Origin: Heterodontus francisci
Lineage: Eukaryota
Direction: 5' to 3'
DNA: 64,000 nt
Assembly (NCBI RefSeq): GCF_036365525.1
Contig: NC_090378.1
Coordinates: forward strand, 119,335,593-119,399,592
Position numbers and translations under genes: made by a program. Under the pieces are notes generated by a model. It was not told the DNA's origin and did no database searches. It was given only the letters and a program-made list of their open reading frames with translations. Numbering within the stretch: the stretch's first letter is position 1; every line of letters begins with the position of its first letter. Below are positions 1 through 16,659 of this stretch, piece after piece.

Positions 1-3000
1 TGTATCCATTATTATATTTTATATATTACTGTGGGATGTGTAGGTGCAGGAGGTGGGACTGTGTATCCATTATTATATATTATTTTTTACCGTGGGATGT
101 GTCAGTACAGGAGGTGGGAATGTGTATCCATTATTATATATTATATATTACTGTGGGATGTGTCGGTGCAGGAGGTGGGACTGTGTATCCATTATTATAT
201 ATTATTTTTTACTGTGGGACGTGTCAGTCCAGGAAGTGGGAATGTGTATCCATTATTATATATTATATATAACTGTGGGATGTGTCGGTGCAGGAGGTGG
301 GACTGTGTGTCCATTATTATATATTATTTTTTACTGTGGGATGTGTCAGTGCAGGAGGTGGGAATGTGTATCCATTATTATATATTATATATAACTGTGG
401 GATGTGTCGGTGCAGGAGGTGGGACTGTGCATCCATTATTATATATTATTTTTTACTGTGGGATATGTCAGTACAGGAGGTGGGAATGTGTATACATTAA
501 TAGATATTATATATAACTGTGGGATGTACCAGTGCAGGAGGTGGGATTGTGCGTCCATTATTATATATTATATATAACTGTGGGACGTGTCGGTGCAGGA
601 AGTGGGATTGTGTATCCATTATTCTATATTATTTTTTACTGAGGGATGTGTCAGTGCAGGAGGTGGGACTGTGTATCCATTATTATATATTATTTTTTAC
701 TGTGGGATGTGGCAGTACAGGAGGTGGGAATGTGTATCCATTATTATATATTATATATAACTGTGGGATGTGTCGGTGCAGGAGGTGGGAATGTGTATCC
801 ATTATTATATATTATATATAACTGTGGGATGTGTGGGTGCAGGAGGTGGGAATGTGTATCCATTATTATATATTATTTTTTACTGTGGGATGTGTCAGTA
901 CAGGAGGTGGGAATGTGTATCCATTATTATATAATATTTTTTCCTGTGGGACGTGTCTGTACAGGAGGTGGGACTGTGTATCCATTATTATAATTTATAT
1001 ATTACTGTGGGATGTGTCAGTGCAGGAGGTGGGACTGTGTATCCATTATTATATATTATTTTTTACTGTGGGATGTGTCAGTACAGGAGGTAGGAATGTG
1101 TATCCATTATTATATATTATATATAACTGTGGGATGTACCAGTGCACATGGTGGGACTGTGTGTCCATTATTACATATTATTTTTTACTGTGGGACGTGT
1201 CAGTCCACGAGGTGGGAATGTGTATCCATTATTATATATTATATATAAGTGTGGGATGTGTCAGTGCAGGAGGTGGGACTGTGTGTCCATTATTATATAT
1301 TATATATAACTGTGGGATGTGTCAGTGCAGGAGGTGGGAATGTGTGCCCATTATTATATATCATATATAACTGTGGGATGTGTCAGTACAGGAGGTGGGA
1401 CTGTGTGTCCATTATTATATATTATATATAACTGTGGGATGTGTCAGTACAGGAGGTGGGACTGTGTGTCCATTGTTGTATATTTTATATAACTGTGAGA
1501 TGTGTCACTACAGTAGGTGGGACTGTGTTTCCATTATGATATATTATATATAGTTGTGGGTTGTGTCAGTACAGGAGGTGGGACTGTGTGTCCATTATTA
1601 TATATTTTATATAACTGTGAGATGTGTCAGTACAGGAGGTGGGACTGTGTGTCCATTATTATATATTATATCAAACTGTGGGTTGTGTCAGTGCAGGAGG
1701 TGGGACTAAGTTTCCATTATGATATATTATATATAACTGTGGGTTGTGTCAGTACAGGAGGTTGGACTGTGTGTCCATTATTATATATTATTTTTTACTG
1801 TGGGATGTGTCAGTGCAGGAGGTGGGACTGTGTGTCCATTATTATATATTATTTTTTACTGTGGGATGTGTCAGTGCAGGAGGTGGGACTGTGTGTCCAT
1901 TATTATATATTATTTTTTACTGTTGGATGTTTCAGTACAGGAGGTGGGAATGTGTATCCATTATTATATATTATATATAACTGTGGGACGTGTCAGTCCA
2001 GGAAGTGGGAATGTGTATCCATTATTACATATTATATATAACTGTGGGACGTGTCAGTACAGGAAGTGGGAATGTGTATCCATTATTATATATTATATAT
2101 AACTGTGGGATGTGTCGGTGCAGGAGGTGGGAATGTGTATCCATTATTATATATTATATATAACTGTGGGATGTGTCGGTGCAGGAGGTGGGAATGTGTA
2201 TCCATTATTATATATTATTTTTTACTGTGGGATGTGTCAGTACAGGAGGTGGGAATGTGTATCCATTATTATATATTATTTTTTACTGTGGGACGTGTCT
2301 GTACAGGAGGTGGGACTGTGTATCCATTATAATATATTATTTTTTACTGAGGGATGTGTCAGTACAGGAGGTGGGATTGTGTATCCATTATTATATTTTA
2401 TATATTACTGTGGGATGTGTCAGTGCAGGAGGTGGGACTGTGTATCCATTATTATATATTATTTTTTACTGTGGGATGTGTCAGTACAGGAGGTAGGAAT
2501 GTGTATCCATTATTATATATTATATATAACTGTGGGATGTACCAGTGCACATGGTGGGACTGTGTGTCCATTATTACATATTATTTTTTACTGTGGGACG
2601 TGTCAGTCCACGAGGTGGGAATGTGTATCCATTATTATATATTATATATAACTGTGGGATGTGTCAGTGCAGGAGGTGGGACTGTGTGTCCATTATTATA
2701 TATTATATATAACTGTGGGATGTGTCAGTGCAGGAGGTGGGAATGTGTGCCCATTATTATATATTATATATAACTGTGGGATGTGTCAGTACAGGAGGTG
2801 GGACTGTGTGTCCATTGTTGTATATTTTATATAACTGTGAGATGTGTCACTACAGTAGGTGGGACTGTGTTTCCATTATGATATATTATATATAATTGTG
2901 GGTTGTGTCAGTACAGGAGGTGGGACTGTGTGTCCATTATTATATATTATATATAACTGTGGGTTGTGTCAGTACAGGAGGTTGGACTGTGTGTCCATTA

Positions 3001-6000
3001 TTATATATTATATATAATTGTGGGTTGTGTCAGTACAGGAGGTGGGACTGTGTGTCCATTATTATATATTTTATATAACTGTGAGATGTGTCAGTACAGG
3101 AGGTGGGACTGTGTGTCCATTATTATATATTATATATAACTGTGGGTTGTGTCAGTACAGGAGGTTGGACTGTGTGTCCATTATTATATATTATATATAA
3201 CTGTGGGATGTGTCAGTACAGGAGGTGGGACTGTGTGTCCATTGTTGTATATTTTATATAACTGTGAGATGTGTCACTACAGTAGGTGGGACTGTGTTTC
3301 CATTATGATATATTATATATAATTGTGGGTTGTGTCAGTACAGGAGGTGGGACTGTGTGTCCATTATTATATATTTTATATAACTGTGAGATGTGTCAGT
3401 ACAGGAGGTGGGACTGTGTGTCCATTATTATATATTATATATAACTGTGGGTTGTGTCAGTACAGGAGGTTGGACTGTGTGTCCATTATTATATATTATA
3501 TATAACTGTGGGTTGTGTCAGTACAGGAGGTTGGACTGTGTGTCCATTATTATATATTATTTTTTACTGTGGGATGTGTCAGTGCAGGAGGTGGGACTGT
3601 GTGTCCATTATTATATATTATTTTTTACTGTGGGATGTGTCAGTGCAGGAGGTGGGACTGTGTGTCCATTATTATATATTATTTTTTACTGTGGGATGTT
3701 TCAGTACAGGAGGTGGGAATGTGTGTCCATTGTTATATATTATTTGTTACTGTGGGATGTGTCAGTGCAGGAGGTGGGACTGTGTGTCCATTATTATATA
3801 TTATTTTTTACTGTGGGATGTTTCAGTACAGGAGGTGGGACTGTGTGTCCATTGTTATATATTATTTTTTACTGTGGGATGTGTCAGTGCAGGAGGTGGG
3901 ACTGTGTATCCATTATTATATATTATATATAACTGTGGGACGTGTCAGTACAGGAAGTGGGAATGTGTATCCATTATTATATATTATATATAACTGTGGG
4001 ATGTGTCAGTGCAGGAGGTGAGACTGTGTATCCATTATTATATATTATATATAACTGTGGGATGTGTCAGTACAGGAATTGGGAATGTGTATCCATTATT
4101 ATATATTATATATAACTGCGGGACGTGTCAGTACAGGAAGTGGGAATGTGTATCCATTATTATATATTATATATAACTGTGGGACGTGTCAGTACAGGAA
4201 GTGGGAATGTGTATCCATTATTACATATTATATATAACTGTGGGATGTGTCAGTGCAGGAGGTGGGAATGTGTGTCCATTATAATATATTATTTTTTACT
4301 GAGGGATGTGTCAGTACAGGAGGTGGGACTGTGTGTCCATTATTATATATTATTTTTTACTGTGGGATTTGTCAGTACAGGAGGTGGGAATGTGTATCCA
4401 TTATTATATATTATGTATTACTGTGGGATGTGTCGGTGCAGGAGGTGGGACTGTGTATCCATTATTATATGTTATTTTTTACTGTGGGACGTGTCAGTCC
4501 AGGAAGTGGGAATGTGTATCCATTATTATATATTATATATAACTGTGGGATGTGTCGGTGCAGGATGTGGGACTGTGTATCCATTATTATATATTATATA
4601 TAACTGTGGGATGTGTCAGTGCAGGAGGTGGGAATGTGTGTCCATTATAATATATTATTTTTTACTGTGGGATGTGTCGGTGCAGCAGGTGGGAATGTGT
4701 ATCCATTATTATATATTATATATAACTGTGGGATGTGTCGGTGCAGGAGGTGGGATTGTGTATCCATTATTATATATTATTTTTTACTGAGGGATGTGTC
4801 AGTGCAGGAGGTGGGACTGTGTATCCATTATTATATATTATTTTTTACTGTGGGATGTGTCAGTACAGGAGGTGGGAATGTGTATCCATTATTATATATT
4901 ATATATAACTGTGGGATGTGTCGGTGCAGGAGGTGGGAATGTGTGTCCATTATAATATATTATTTTTTACTGTGGGATGTGTCGGTGCAGGAGGTGGGAC
5001 TGTGTATCCATTATTGTATATTATATATAACTGTGGGATGTGTCGGTGCAGGAGGTGGGATTGTGTATCCATTATTATATATTATTTTTTACTGTGGGAC
5101 GTGTCAGTCCACGAGATGGGAATTTGTATCCATTATTATATATTATATATAACTGTGGGATGTGTCAGTGCAGGAGGTGGGACTGTGTGTCCATTATTAT
5201 ATATTATATATAACTGTGGGATGTGTCAGTGCAGGAGGTGGGAATGTGTGCCCATTATTATATATTATATAAAACTGTGGGACGTGTCAGTCCACGAGAT
5301 GGGAATTTGTATCCATTATTATATATTATATATAACTGTGGGATGTGTCAGTGCAGGAGGTGGGACTAAGTTTCCATTATGATATATTATATATAACTGT
5401 GGGTTGTGTCAGTACAGGAGGTGGGACTGTGTGTCCATTATTATATATTATATATAACTGTGGGACGTGTCAGTACAGGAAGTGGGAATGTGTGTCCATT
5501 GTTATATATTATTTTTTACTGTGGCATGTGTCAGTGCAGGAGGTGGGACTGTGTGTCCATTATTATATATTATTTTTTACTGTGGGATGTTTCAGTACAG
5601 GAGGTGGGAATGTGTATCCATTATTATATATTATATATAACTGTGGGACGTGTCAGGACAGGAAGTGGGAATGTGTTTCCATTATTATATATTATATATA
5701 ACTGTGGGATGTGTCAGTGCAGGAGGTGGGACTGTGTATCCATTATTATATATTATATATAACTGTGGGATGTGTCAGTACAGGAATTGGGAATGTGTTT
5801 CCATTATTATATATTATATATAACTGTGGGACGTGTCAGTACAGGAAGTGGGAATGTGTCTCCATTTTTATATATTATATATAACTGTGGGACGTGTCAG
5901 TACAGGAAGTGGGAATGTGTATCCATTATTACATATTATATATAACTGTGGGATGTGTCAGTGCAGGAGGTGGGAATGTGTATCCATTATTATATTTTAT

Positions 6001-9000
6001 ATATTACTGGGGGATGTGTCGGTGCAGGAGGTGGGACTGTGTGTCCATTATAATATATTATTTTTTACTGAAGGATGTGTCAGTGCAGGAGGTGGGATTG
6101 TGTATCCATTATTATATTTTATATATTACTGTGGGATGTGTCGGTGCAGGAGGTGGGACTGTGTATCCATTATTATATATTATTTTTTACTGTGGGACGT
6201 GTCAGTCCAGGAAGTGGGAATGTGTATCCATTATTATATATTATATATAACTGTGGGATGTGTCGGTGCAGGAGGTGGGACTGTGTATCCATTATTATAT
6301 ATTATTTTTTACTGTGGGACGTGTCAGTACTGGAAGTGGGAATGTGTATCCATTATTATATATTATATATAACTGTGGGACGTGTCAGTCCAGGAAGTGG
6401 GAATGTGTATCCATTATTATATATTATATATAACTGTGGGATGTGTCGGTGCAGGAGGTGGGACTGTGTATCCATTATTATATATTATATATAACTGTGG
6501 GATGTGTCAGTGCAGGAGGTGGGAATGTGTATCCATTATTATATATTATATATAACTGTGGGATGTGTCGGTGCAGGAGTTGGGAATGTGTAACCATTAT
6601 TATATATTATATATAACTGTGGGATGTGTCAGTACAGGAGGTGGGAAGGTGTATCCATTATTATATATTATTTTTTACTGTGGGACGTGTCTGTACAGGA
6701 GGTGGGACTGTGTATCCATTATTATATATTATATATAACTGTGGGATGTACCAGTGCAGGAGGTGGGACTGTGTGTCCATTATTATATATTATTTTTTAC
6801 TGTGGGACGTGTCAGTCCACGAGGTGGGAATGTGTATCCATTATTATATATTATATATAACTGTGGGATGTGTCAGTGCAGGAGGTGGGACTGTGTGTCC
6901 ATTATTATATATTATATATAACTGTGGGATGTGTCAGTGCAGGAGGTAGGAATGTCTGCCCATTATTATATATAATATATAACTGTGGGATGTGTCAGTA
7001 CAGGAGGTGGGACTGTGTGTCCATTATTGTATATTTTATATAACTGTGAGATGTGTCACTACAGGAGGTGGGACTGTGTGTCCATTATTATATATTATAT
7101 ATAACTGTGGGACGTGTCAGTACAGGAGGTGGGACTGTGTGTCCATTATTGTATATTTTATATAACTGTGAGATGTGTCACTACAGGAGGTGGGACTGTG
7201 TGTCCATTATTATATATTATATATAACTGTGGGACGTGTCAGTACAGGAGGTGGAACTGTGTGTCCATTAATATATATTATATATAACTGTGGGATGTGT
7301 CAGTGCAGGAGGTGGGACTGTGTATCCATTATTATATATTATATATAACTGTGGGACGTGTCAGGACAGGAAGTGGGAATGTGTTTCCATTATTATATAT
7401 TATATATAACTGTGGGATGTGTCAGTGCAGGAGGTGGGACTGTGTATCCATTATTATATATTATATATAACTGTGGGATGTGTCAGTACAGGAATTGGGA
7501 ATGTGTATCCATTATTATATATTATATATAACTGTGGGACGTGTCAGTACAGGAAGTGGGAATGTGTCTCCATTTTTATATATTATATATAACTGTGGGA
7601 CGTGTCAGTACAGGAAGTGGGAATGTGTATCCATTATTACATATTATATATAACTGTGGGATGTGTCAGTGCAGGAGGTGGGAATGTGTATCCATTATTA
7701 TATTTTATATATTACTGGGGGATGTGTCGGTGCAGGAGGTGGGACTGTGTGTCCATTATAATATATTATTTTTTACTGAAGGATGTGTCAGTGCAGGAGG
7801 TGGGATTGTGTATCCATTATTATATTTTATATATTACTGTGGGATGTGTCGGTGCAGGAGGTGGGACTGTGTATCCATTATTATATATTATTTTTTACTG
7901 TGGGACGTGTCAGTACTGGAAGTGGGAATGTGTATCCATTATTATATATTATATATAACTGTGGGACGTGTCAGTCCAGGAAGTGGGAATGTGTATCCAT
8001 TATTATATATTATATATAACTGTGGGATGTGTCGGTGCAGGAGGTGGGACTGTGTATCCATTATTATATATTATATATAACTGTGGGATGTGTCAGTGCA
8101 GGAGGTGGGAATGTGTATCCATTATTATATATTATATATAACTGTGGGATGTGTCGGTGCAGGAGTTGGGAATGTGTAACCATTATTATATATTATATAT
8201 AACTGTGGGATGTGTCAGTACAGGAGGTGGGAAGGTGTATCCATTATTATATATTATTTTTTACTGTGGGACGTGTCTGTACAGGAGGTGGGACTGTGTA
8301 TCCATTATTATATATTATATATAACTGTGGGATGTACCAGTGCAGGAGGTGGGACTGTGTGTCCATTATTATATATTATTTTTTACTGTGGGACGTGTCA
8401 GTCCACGAGGTGGGAATGTGTATCCATTATTATATATTATATATAACTGTGGGATGTGTCAGTGCAGGAGGTGGGACTGTGTGTCCATTATTATATATTA
8501 TATATAACTGTGGGATGTGTCAGTGCAGGAGGTAGGAATGTCTGCCCATTATTATATATAATATATAACTGTGGGATGTGTCAGTACAGGAGGTGGGACT
8601 GTGTGTCCATTATTGTATATTTTATATAACTGTGAGATGTGTCACTACAGGAGGTGGGACTGTGTGTCCATTATTATATATTATATATAACTGTGGGACG
8701 TGTCAGTACAGGAGGTGGGACTGTGTGTCCATTATTGTATATTTTATATAACTGTGAGATGTGTCACTACAGGAGGTGGGACTGTGTGTCCATTATTATA
8801 TATTATATATAACTGTGGGACGTGTCAGTACAGGAGGTGGAACTGTGTGTCCATTAATATATATTATATATAACTGTGGGATGTGTCAGTGCAGGAGGTG
8901 GGACTGTGTATCCATTATTATATATTATATATAACTGTGGGATGTGTCAGTGCAGGAGGTGGGACTGTGTATCCATTATTATATATTATATATAACTGTG

Positions 9001-12000
9001 GGATGTGTCAGTGAAGGAGGTGGGAATGTGTGCCCATTATTATATATTATATATAACTGTGGGATGTGTCAGTACAGGAGGTGGGACTGTGTGTCCATTA
9101 TTGTCTATTTTATATAACTGTGAGATGTGTCAGTACAGGAGGTGGGACTGTGTGTCCATTATTATATATTATATAAAACTGTGGGTTGTGTCAGTGCAGG
9201 AGGTGGGACTGTGTTTCCATTATGATATATTATATATAATTGTGGGTTGTGTCAGTACAGGAGGTGGGACTGTGTGTCCATTATTATATATTTTATATAA
9301 CTGTGAGATGTGTCAGTACAGGAGGTGGGACTGTGTGTCCATTATTATATATTATATAAAACTGTGGGTTGTGTCAGTTCAGGAGGTGGGACTGTGTTTC
9401 CATTATGATATATTATATATAACTGTGGGTTGTGTCAGTACAGGAGGTGGGACTGTGTGTCCATTATTATATATTATATATAACTTTGGGATGTGTCAGT
9501 ACAGGAAGTGGGAATGTGTGTCCATTGTCATATATTATTTTATACTGTGGGATGTTTCAGTTCAGGAGGTGGGAATGTGTATCCATTATTATATATTATA
9601 TATAACTGTGGGACGTGTCAGTACAGGAAGTGGGAATGTGTATCCATTATTACATATTATATATAACTGTGGGACGTGTCAGTGCAGGAAGTGGGAATGT
9701 ATATCCATTATTACATATTATATATAACTGTGGGATATGTCAGTGCAGGAGGTGGGACTGTGTATCCATTATTATATATTATATATAACAGTGGGACGTG
9801 TCAGTACAGGAATTGGGAATGTGTATCCATTATTATATATTATATATACGTGTGGGACGTGTCAGTACAGGAAGTGGGAATGTGTATCCATTATTATATA
9901 TTATTCTTTACTGAGGGATGTGTCAGTACAGGAGGTGGGACTGTGTATCCATTATTATATATTATATATTACTGTGGGACGTGTCGGTGCAGGAGGTGGG
10001 ACTGTGTATCCATTATTATATATTATATATAACTGTGGGATTTGTCAGGACAGGAGGTGGGACTGTGTGTCCATTATTGTATATTTTATATAACTGTGAG
10101 ATGTGTCAGTACAGGAGGTGGGACTGTGTGTCCATTATTATATATTATATAAAACTGTGGGTTGTTTCTGTACAGGAGGTGGGAATGTGTATCCATTATT
10201 ATATATTATATATAACTGTGGGATGTGTCGGTGCAGGAGGTGGGAATGTGTGTCCATTATAATATATTATATATAACTGTGGGATGTGTCGGTGCAGGAG
10301 GTGGGATTGTGTATCCATTATTATTTATTATTTTTTACTGTGGGACGTGTCAGTCCACGAGATGGGAATGTGTATCCATTATTATATATAATATATAACT
10401 GTGGGATGTGTCAGTGCAGGAGGTGGGACTGTGTGTCCATTATTGTATATTTTATGTAACTGTGAGATGTGTCACTACAGGAGGTGGGACTGTGTGTCCA
10501 TTATTATATATTATATATAACTGTGGGACGTGTCAGTACAGGAGGTGGGACTGTGTGTCCATTATTGTATATTTTATATAACTGTGAGATGTGTCAGTAC
10601 AGGAGGTGGGACTGTGTGTCCATTATTATATATTATATATAACTGTGAGATGTGTCAGTACAGGAGGTGGGACTGTGTGACCATTATTATATATTATATA
10701 AAACTGTGGGTTGTGTCAGTGCAGGAGGTGGGACTGTGTTTCCATTATGATATATTATATATAACTGTGGGATGTGTCAGTACAGGAGGTGGGACTGTGT
10801 GTCCATTATTATATATTTTATATAACTGTGAGATGTGTCAGTACATGAGGTGGGACTGTGTGTCCATTATTATATATTATATAAAACTGTGGGTTGTGTC
10901 AGTGCAGGAGGTGGGACTAAGTTTCCATTATGATATATTATATATAACTGTGGGTTGTGTCAGTACAGGAGGTGGGACTGTGTGTCCATTATTATATATT
11001 ATATATAACTGTGGGACGTGTCAGTACAGGAAGTGGGAATGTGTGTCCATTGTTATATATTATTTTTTACTGTGGGATGTGTCAGTGCAGGAGGTGGGAC
11101 TGTGTGTCCATTATTATATATTATTTTTTACTGTGGGATGTTTCAGTACAGGATATGGGAATGTGTATCCATTATTATATATTATATATAACTGTGGGAT
11201 GTGTCAGTGCAGGAGGTGGGACTGTGTATCCATTATTATATATTATATATAACTGTGGGATGTGTCAGTACAGGAATTGGGAATGTGTATCCATTATTAT
11301 ATATTATATATAACTGTGGGACGTGTCAGTACAGGAAGTGGGAATGTGTATCCATTATTATATATTATATATAACTGTGGGACGTGTCAGGACAGGAAGT
11401 GGGAATGTGTATCCATTATTATATATTATATATAACTGTGGGATGTGTCAGTGCAGGAGGTGGGACTGTGTATCCATTATTATATATTATATATAACTGT
11501 GGGATGTGTCAGTACAGGAATTGGGAATGTGTATCCATTATTATATATTATATATAACTGTGGGACGTGTCAGTACAGGAAGTGGGAATGTGTCTCCATT
11601 ATTATATATTATATATAACTGTGGGACGTGTCAGTACAGGAAGTGGGAATGTGTATCCATTATTACATATTATATTTTACTGAAGGATGTGTCAGTGCAG
11701 GAGGTGGGATTGTGTATCCATTATTATATTTTATATATTACTGTGGGATGTGTCGGTGCAGGAGGTGGGACTGTGTATCCATTATTATATATTATATATT
11801 ACTGTGCGATGTGTCGGTGCAGGAGGTGGGACTGTGTATCCATTATTATATATTATTTTTTACTGTGGGACGTGTCAGTCCAGGAAGTGGGAATGTGTAT
11901 CCATTATTATATATTATATATAACTGTGGGATGTGTCGGTGCAGGAGGTGGGACTGTGTATCCATAATTATATATTATATATAACTGTGGGATGTGTCAG

Positions 12001-15000
12001 TGCAGGAGGTGGGAATGTGTGTCCATTATAATATATTATTTTTTACTGTGGGATGTGTCGGTGCAGGAGGTGGGAATGTGTATCCATTATTATATATTAT
12101 ATATAACTGTGGGATGTGTCGGTGCAGGAGGTGGGATTGTGTATCCATTATTATATATTATTTTTTACTGAGGGATGTGTCAGTGCAGGAGGTGGGACTG
12201 TGTATCCATTATTATATATTATTTTTTACTGTGGGATGTGTCAGTACAGGAGGTGGGAATGTGTATCCATTATTATATATTATATATAACTGTGGGATGT
12301 GTCGGTGCAGGAGGTGGGAATGTGTAACCATTATTATATATTATATATAACTGTGGGATGTGTCAGTACAGGAGGTGGGAATGTGTATCCATTATTATAT
12401 ATTATTTTTTACTGTGGGACGTGTCTGTACAGGAGGTGGGACTGTGTATCCATTATTATATTTTATATATTACTGTGGGATGTGTCAGTGCAGGAGGTGG
12501 GAATGTGTATCCATTATTATATATTATATATAACTGTGGGATGTGTCAGTGCAGGAGGTGGGACTGTGTATCCATTATTATATATTATATATAACTGTGG
12601 GATGTACCAGTGCAGGAGGTGGGACTGTGTGTCCATTATTATATATTATTTTTTACTGTGGGACGTGTCAGTCCACGAGGTGGGAATGTGTATCCATTAT
12701 TATATATTATATATAACTGTGGGATGTGTCAGTGCAGGAGGTGGGACTGTGTGTCCATTATTATATATTATATATAACTGTGGGATGTGTCAGTGCAGGA
12801 GGTAGGAATGTGTGCCCATTATTATATATAATATATAACTGTGGGATGTGTCAGTACAGGAGGTGGGACTGTGTGTCCATTATTGTATATTTTATATAAC
12901 TGTGAGATGTGTCACTTCAGGAGGTGGGACTGTGTGTCCATTATTATATATTATATATAACTGTGGGACGTGTCAGTACAGGAGGTGGGACTGTGTGTCC
13001 ATTATTGTATATTTTATATAACTGTGAGATGTGTCAGTACAGGAGGTGGGACTGTGTGTCCATTATTATATATTATATATAACTGTGGGACGTGTCAGTA
13101 CTGGAGGTGGAACTGTGTGTCCATTATTATATATTATATATAACTGTGGGATGTGTCAGTGAAGGAGGTGGGAATGTGTGTCCATTATTATATATTATAT
13201 ATAACTGTGAGATGTGTCAGTACAGGAGGTGGGACTGTGTGTCCATTATTGTCTATTTTATATAACTGTGAGATGTGTCAGTACAGGAGGTGGGACTGTG
13301 TGTCCATTATTATATATTATATAAAACTGTGGGTTGTGTCAGTGCAGGAGGTGGGACTGTGTTTCCATTATGATATATTATATATAACTGTGGGTTGTGT
13401 CAGTACAGGAGGTGGGACTGTGTGTCCATTATTATATATTTTATATAACTGTGAGATGTGTCAGTACAGGAGGTGGGACTGTGTGTCCATTATTATATAT
13501 TATATAAAACTGTGGGTTGTGTCAGTTCAGGAGGTGGGACTGTGTTTCCATTATGATATATTATATATATACTGTGGGTTGTGTCAGTACAGGAGGTGGG
13601 ACTGTGTGTCCATTATTATATATTATATATAACTGTGGGATGTGTCAGTACAGGAAGTGGGAATGTGTGTCCATTGTCATATATTATTTTATACTGTGGG
13701 ATGTTTCAGTTCAGGAGGTGGGAATGTGTATCCATTATTATATATTATATATAACTGTGGGACGTGTCAGTACAGGAAGTGGGAATGTGTATCCATTATT
13801 ACATATTATATATAACTGTGGGACGTGTCAGTGCAGGAAGTGGGAATGTATATCCATTATTATATATTATATATAACTGTGGGATGTGTCAGTGCAGGAG
13901 GTGGGACTGTGTATCCATTATTATATATTATATATAACTGTGGGACGTGTCAGTACAGGAATTGGGAATGTGTATCCATTATTATATATTATATATAAGT
14001 GTGGGACGTGTCAGTACAGGAAGTGGGAATGTGTATCCATTATTATATATTATTCATTACTGAGGGATGTGTCAGTACAGGAGGTGGGACTGTGTATCCA
14101 TTATTATATTTTATATATTACTGTGGGATGTGTCGGTGCAGGAGGTGGGACTGTGTATCCATTATTATATATTATTTTTTACTGTGGGACGTGTCAGTCC
14201 AGGAAGTGGGAATGTGTATCCATTATTATATATTATATATAACTGTGGGATGTGTCGGTGCAGGAGGTGGGACTGTGTATCCATTATTATATATTATTTT
14301 TTACTGTGGTATGTGTCAGTACAGGAGGTGGGAATGTGTATCCATTATTATATATTATATATTACTGTGGGACGTGTCGGTGCAGGAGGTGGGACTGTGT
14401 ATCCATTATTATATATTATATATAACTGTGGGATGTGTCAGTACAGGAGGTGGGACTGTGTGTCCATTATTGTATATTTTATATAACTGTGAGATCTGTC
14501 AGTACAGGAGGTGGGACTGTGTGTCCATTATTATATATTACATAAAACTGTGGGTTGTGTCAGTGCAGGAGGTGGGACTGTGTTTCCATTATGATATATT
14601 ATATATAACTGTGGGTTGTGTCAGTACAGGAGGTGGGACTGTGTGTCCATTATTATATATTTTATATAACTGTGAGATGTGTCAGTACAGGAGGTGGGAC
14701 TGTGTGTCCATTATGATATATTATATAAAACTGTGGGTTGTGTCAGTTCAGGAAGTGGGAATGTGTATCCATTATTACATATTATATATAACTGTGGGAC
14801 GTGTCAGTGCAGGAAGTGGGACAGTTTATCCATTATTATATATTATATATAACTGTGGGATGTGTCAGTGCAGGAGGTGGGACTGTGTATCCATTATTAT
14901 ATATTATATATAACTGTGGGACATGTCAGTACAGGAATTGGGAATGTGTATCCATTATTATATATTATATATAAGTGTGGGACGTGTCGGTGCAGGAGGT

Positions 15001-16659
15001 GGGACTGTGTATCCATTATTATATATTATATATAACTGTGGGATGTGTCAGTGCAGGAGGTGGGAAAGTGTGCCCATTATTATATATTATATATAACTGT
15101 GGGATGTGTCAGTACAGGAGGAGGGACTGTGTGTCCATTATTGTATATTTTATATAACTGTGAGATGTGTCAGTGCAGGAGGTAGCAATGTGTGCCCATT
15201 ATTATATATAATATATAACTGTGGGATGTGTCAGTACAGGAGGTGGGACTGTGTGTCCATTATTGTATATTTTATATAACTGTGAGATGTGTCACTACAG
15301 GAGGTGGGACTGTGTGTCCATTATTATATATTATATATAACTGTGGGACGAGTCAGTACAGGAGGTGGGACTGTGTGTCCATTATTGTATATTTTATATA
15401 ACTGTGCGATGTGTCAGTACAGGAGGTGGGACTGTGTGTCCATTATTATATATTCTATATAACTGTGGGACGTGTCAGTACAGGAGGTGGGAATGTGTGC
15501 CCATTATTATATATTATATATAACTGTGGGATGTGTCAGTACAGGAGGTGGGACTGTGTGTCCATTATTGTCTATTTTATATAACTGTGAGATGTGTCAG
15601 TACAGGAGGTGGGACTGTGTGTCCATTATTATATATTATATAAAACTGTGGGTTGTGTCAGTGCAGGAGGTGGGACTGTGTTTCCATTATGATATATTAT
15701 ATATAACTGTGGGTTGTGTCAGTACAGGAGGTGGGACTGTGTGTCCATTATTATATATTTTATATAACTGTGAGATGTGTCAGTACATGAGGTGGGACTG
15801 TGTGTCCATTGTGATATATTATATATAACTGTGGGATGTGTCAGTACAGGAGGTGGGACTGTGTGTCCATTATTATATATTATATAAAACTGTGGGTTGT
15901 GTCAGTTCAGGAGGTGGGAGTGTGTTTCCATTATGATATATTATATATAACTGTGGGTTGTGTCAGTACAGGAGGTGGGACTGTGTGTCCATTATTATAT
16001 ATTATATATAACTGTGGGATGTGTCAGTACAGGAAGTGGGAATGTGTGTCCATTGTCATATATTATTTTATACTGTGGGATGTTTCAGTTCAGGAGGTGG
16101 GAATGTGTATCCATTATTATATATTATATATAACTGTGGGACGTGTCAGTACAGGAAGTGGGAATGTGTATCCATTATTACATATTATATATAACTGTGG
16201 GACGTGTCAGTGCAGGAAGTGGGAATGTATATCCATTATTATATATTATATATAACTGTGGGATGTGTCAGTGCAGGAGGTGGGACTGTGTATCCATTAT
16301 TATATATTATATATAACTGTGGGACGTGTCAGTACAGGAATGGGGAATGTGTATCCATTATTATATATTATATATAAGTGTGGGACGTGTCAGTACAGGA
16401 AGTGGGAATGTGTATCCATTATTATATATTATTCTTTACTGAGGGATGTGTCAGTACAGGAGGTGGGACTGTGTATCCATTATTATATTTTATATATTAC
16501 TGTGGGATGTGTCGGTGCAGGAGGTGGGACTGTGTATCCATTATTATATATTATTTGTGGGACGTGTCAGTCCAGGAAGTGGGAATGTGTATCCATTATT
16601 ATATATTATATAAAACTGTGGGATGTGTCAGTACAGGAGGTGGGAATGTGTATCCATTA

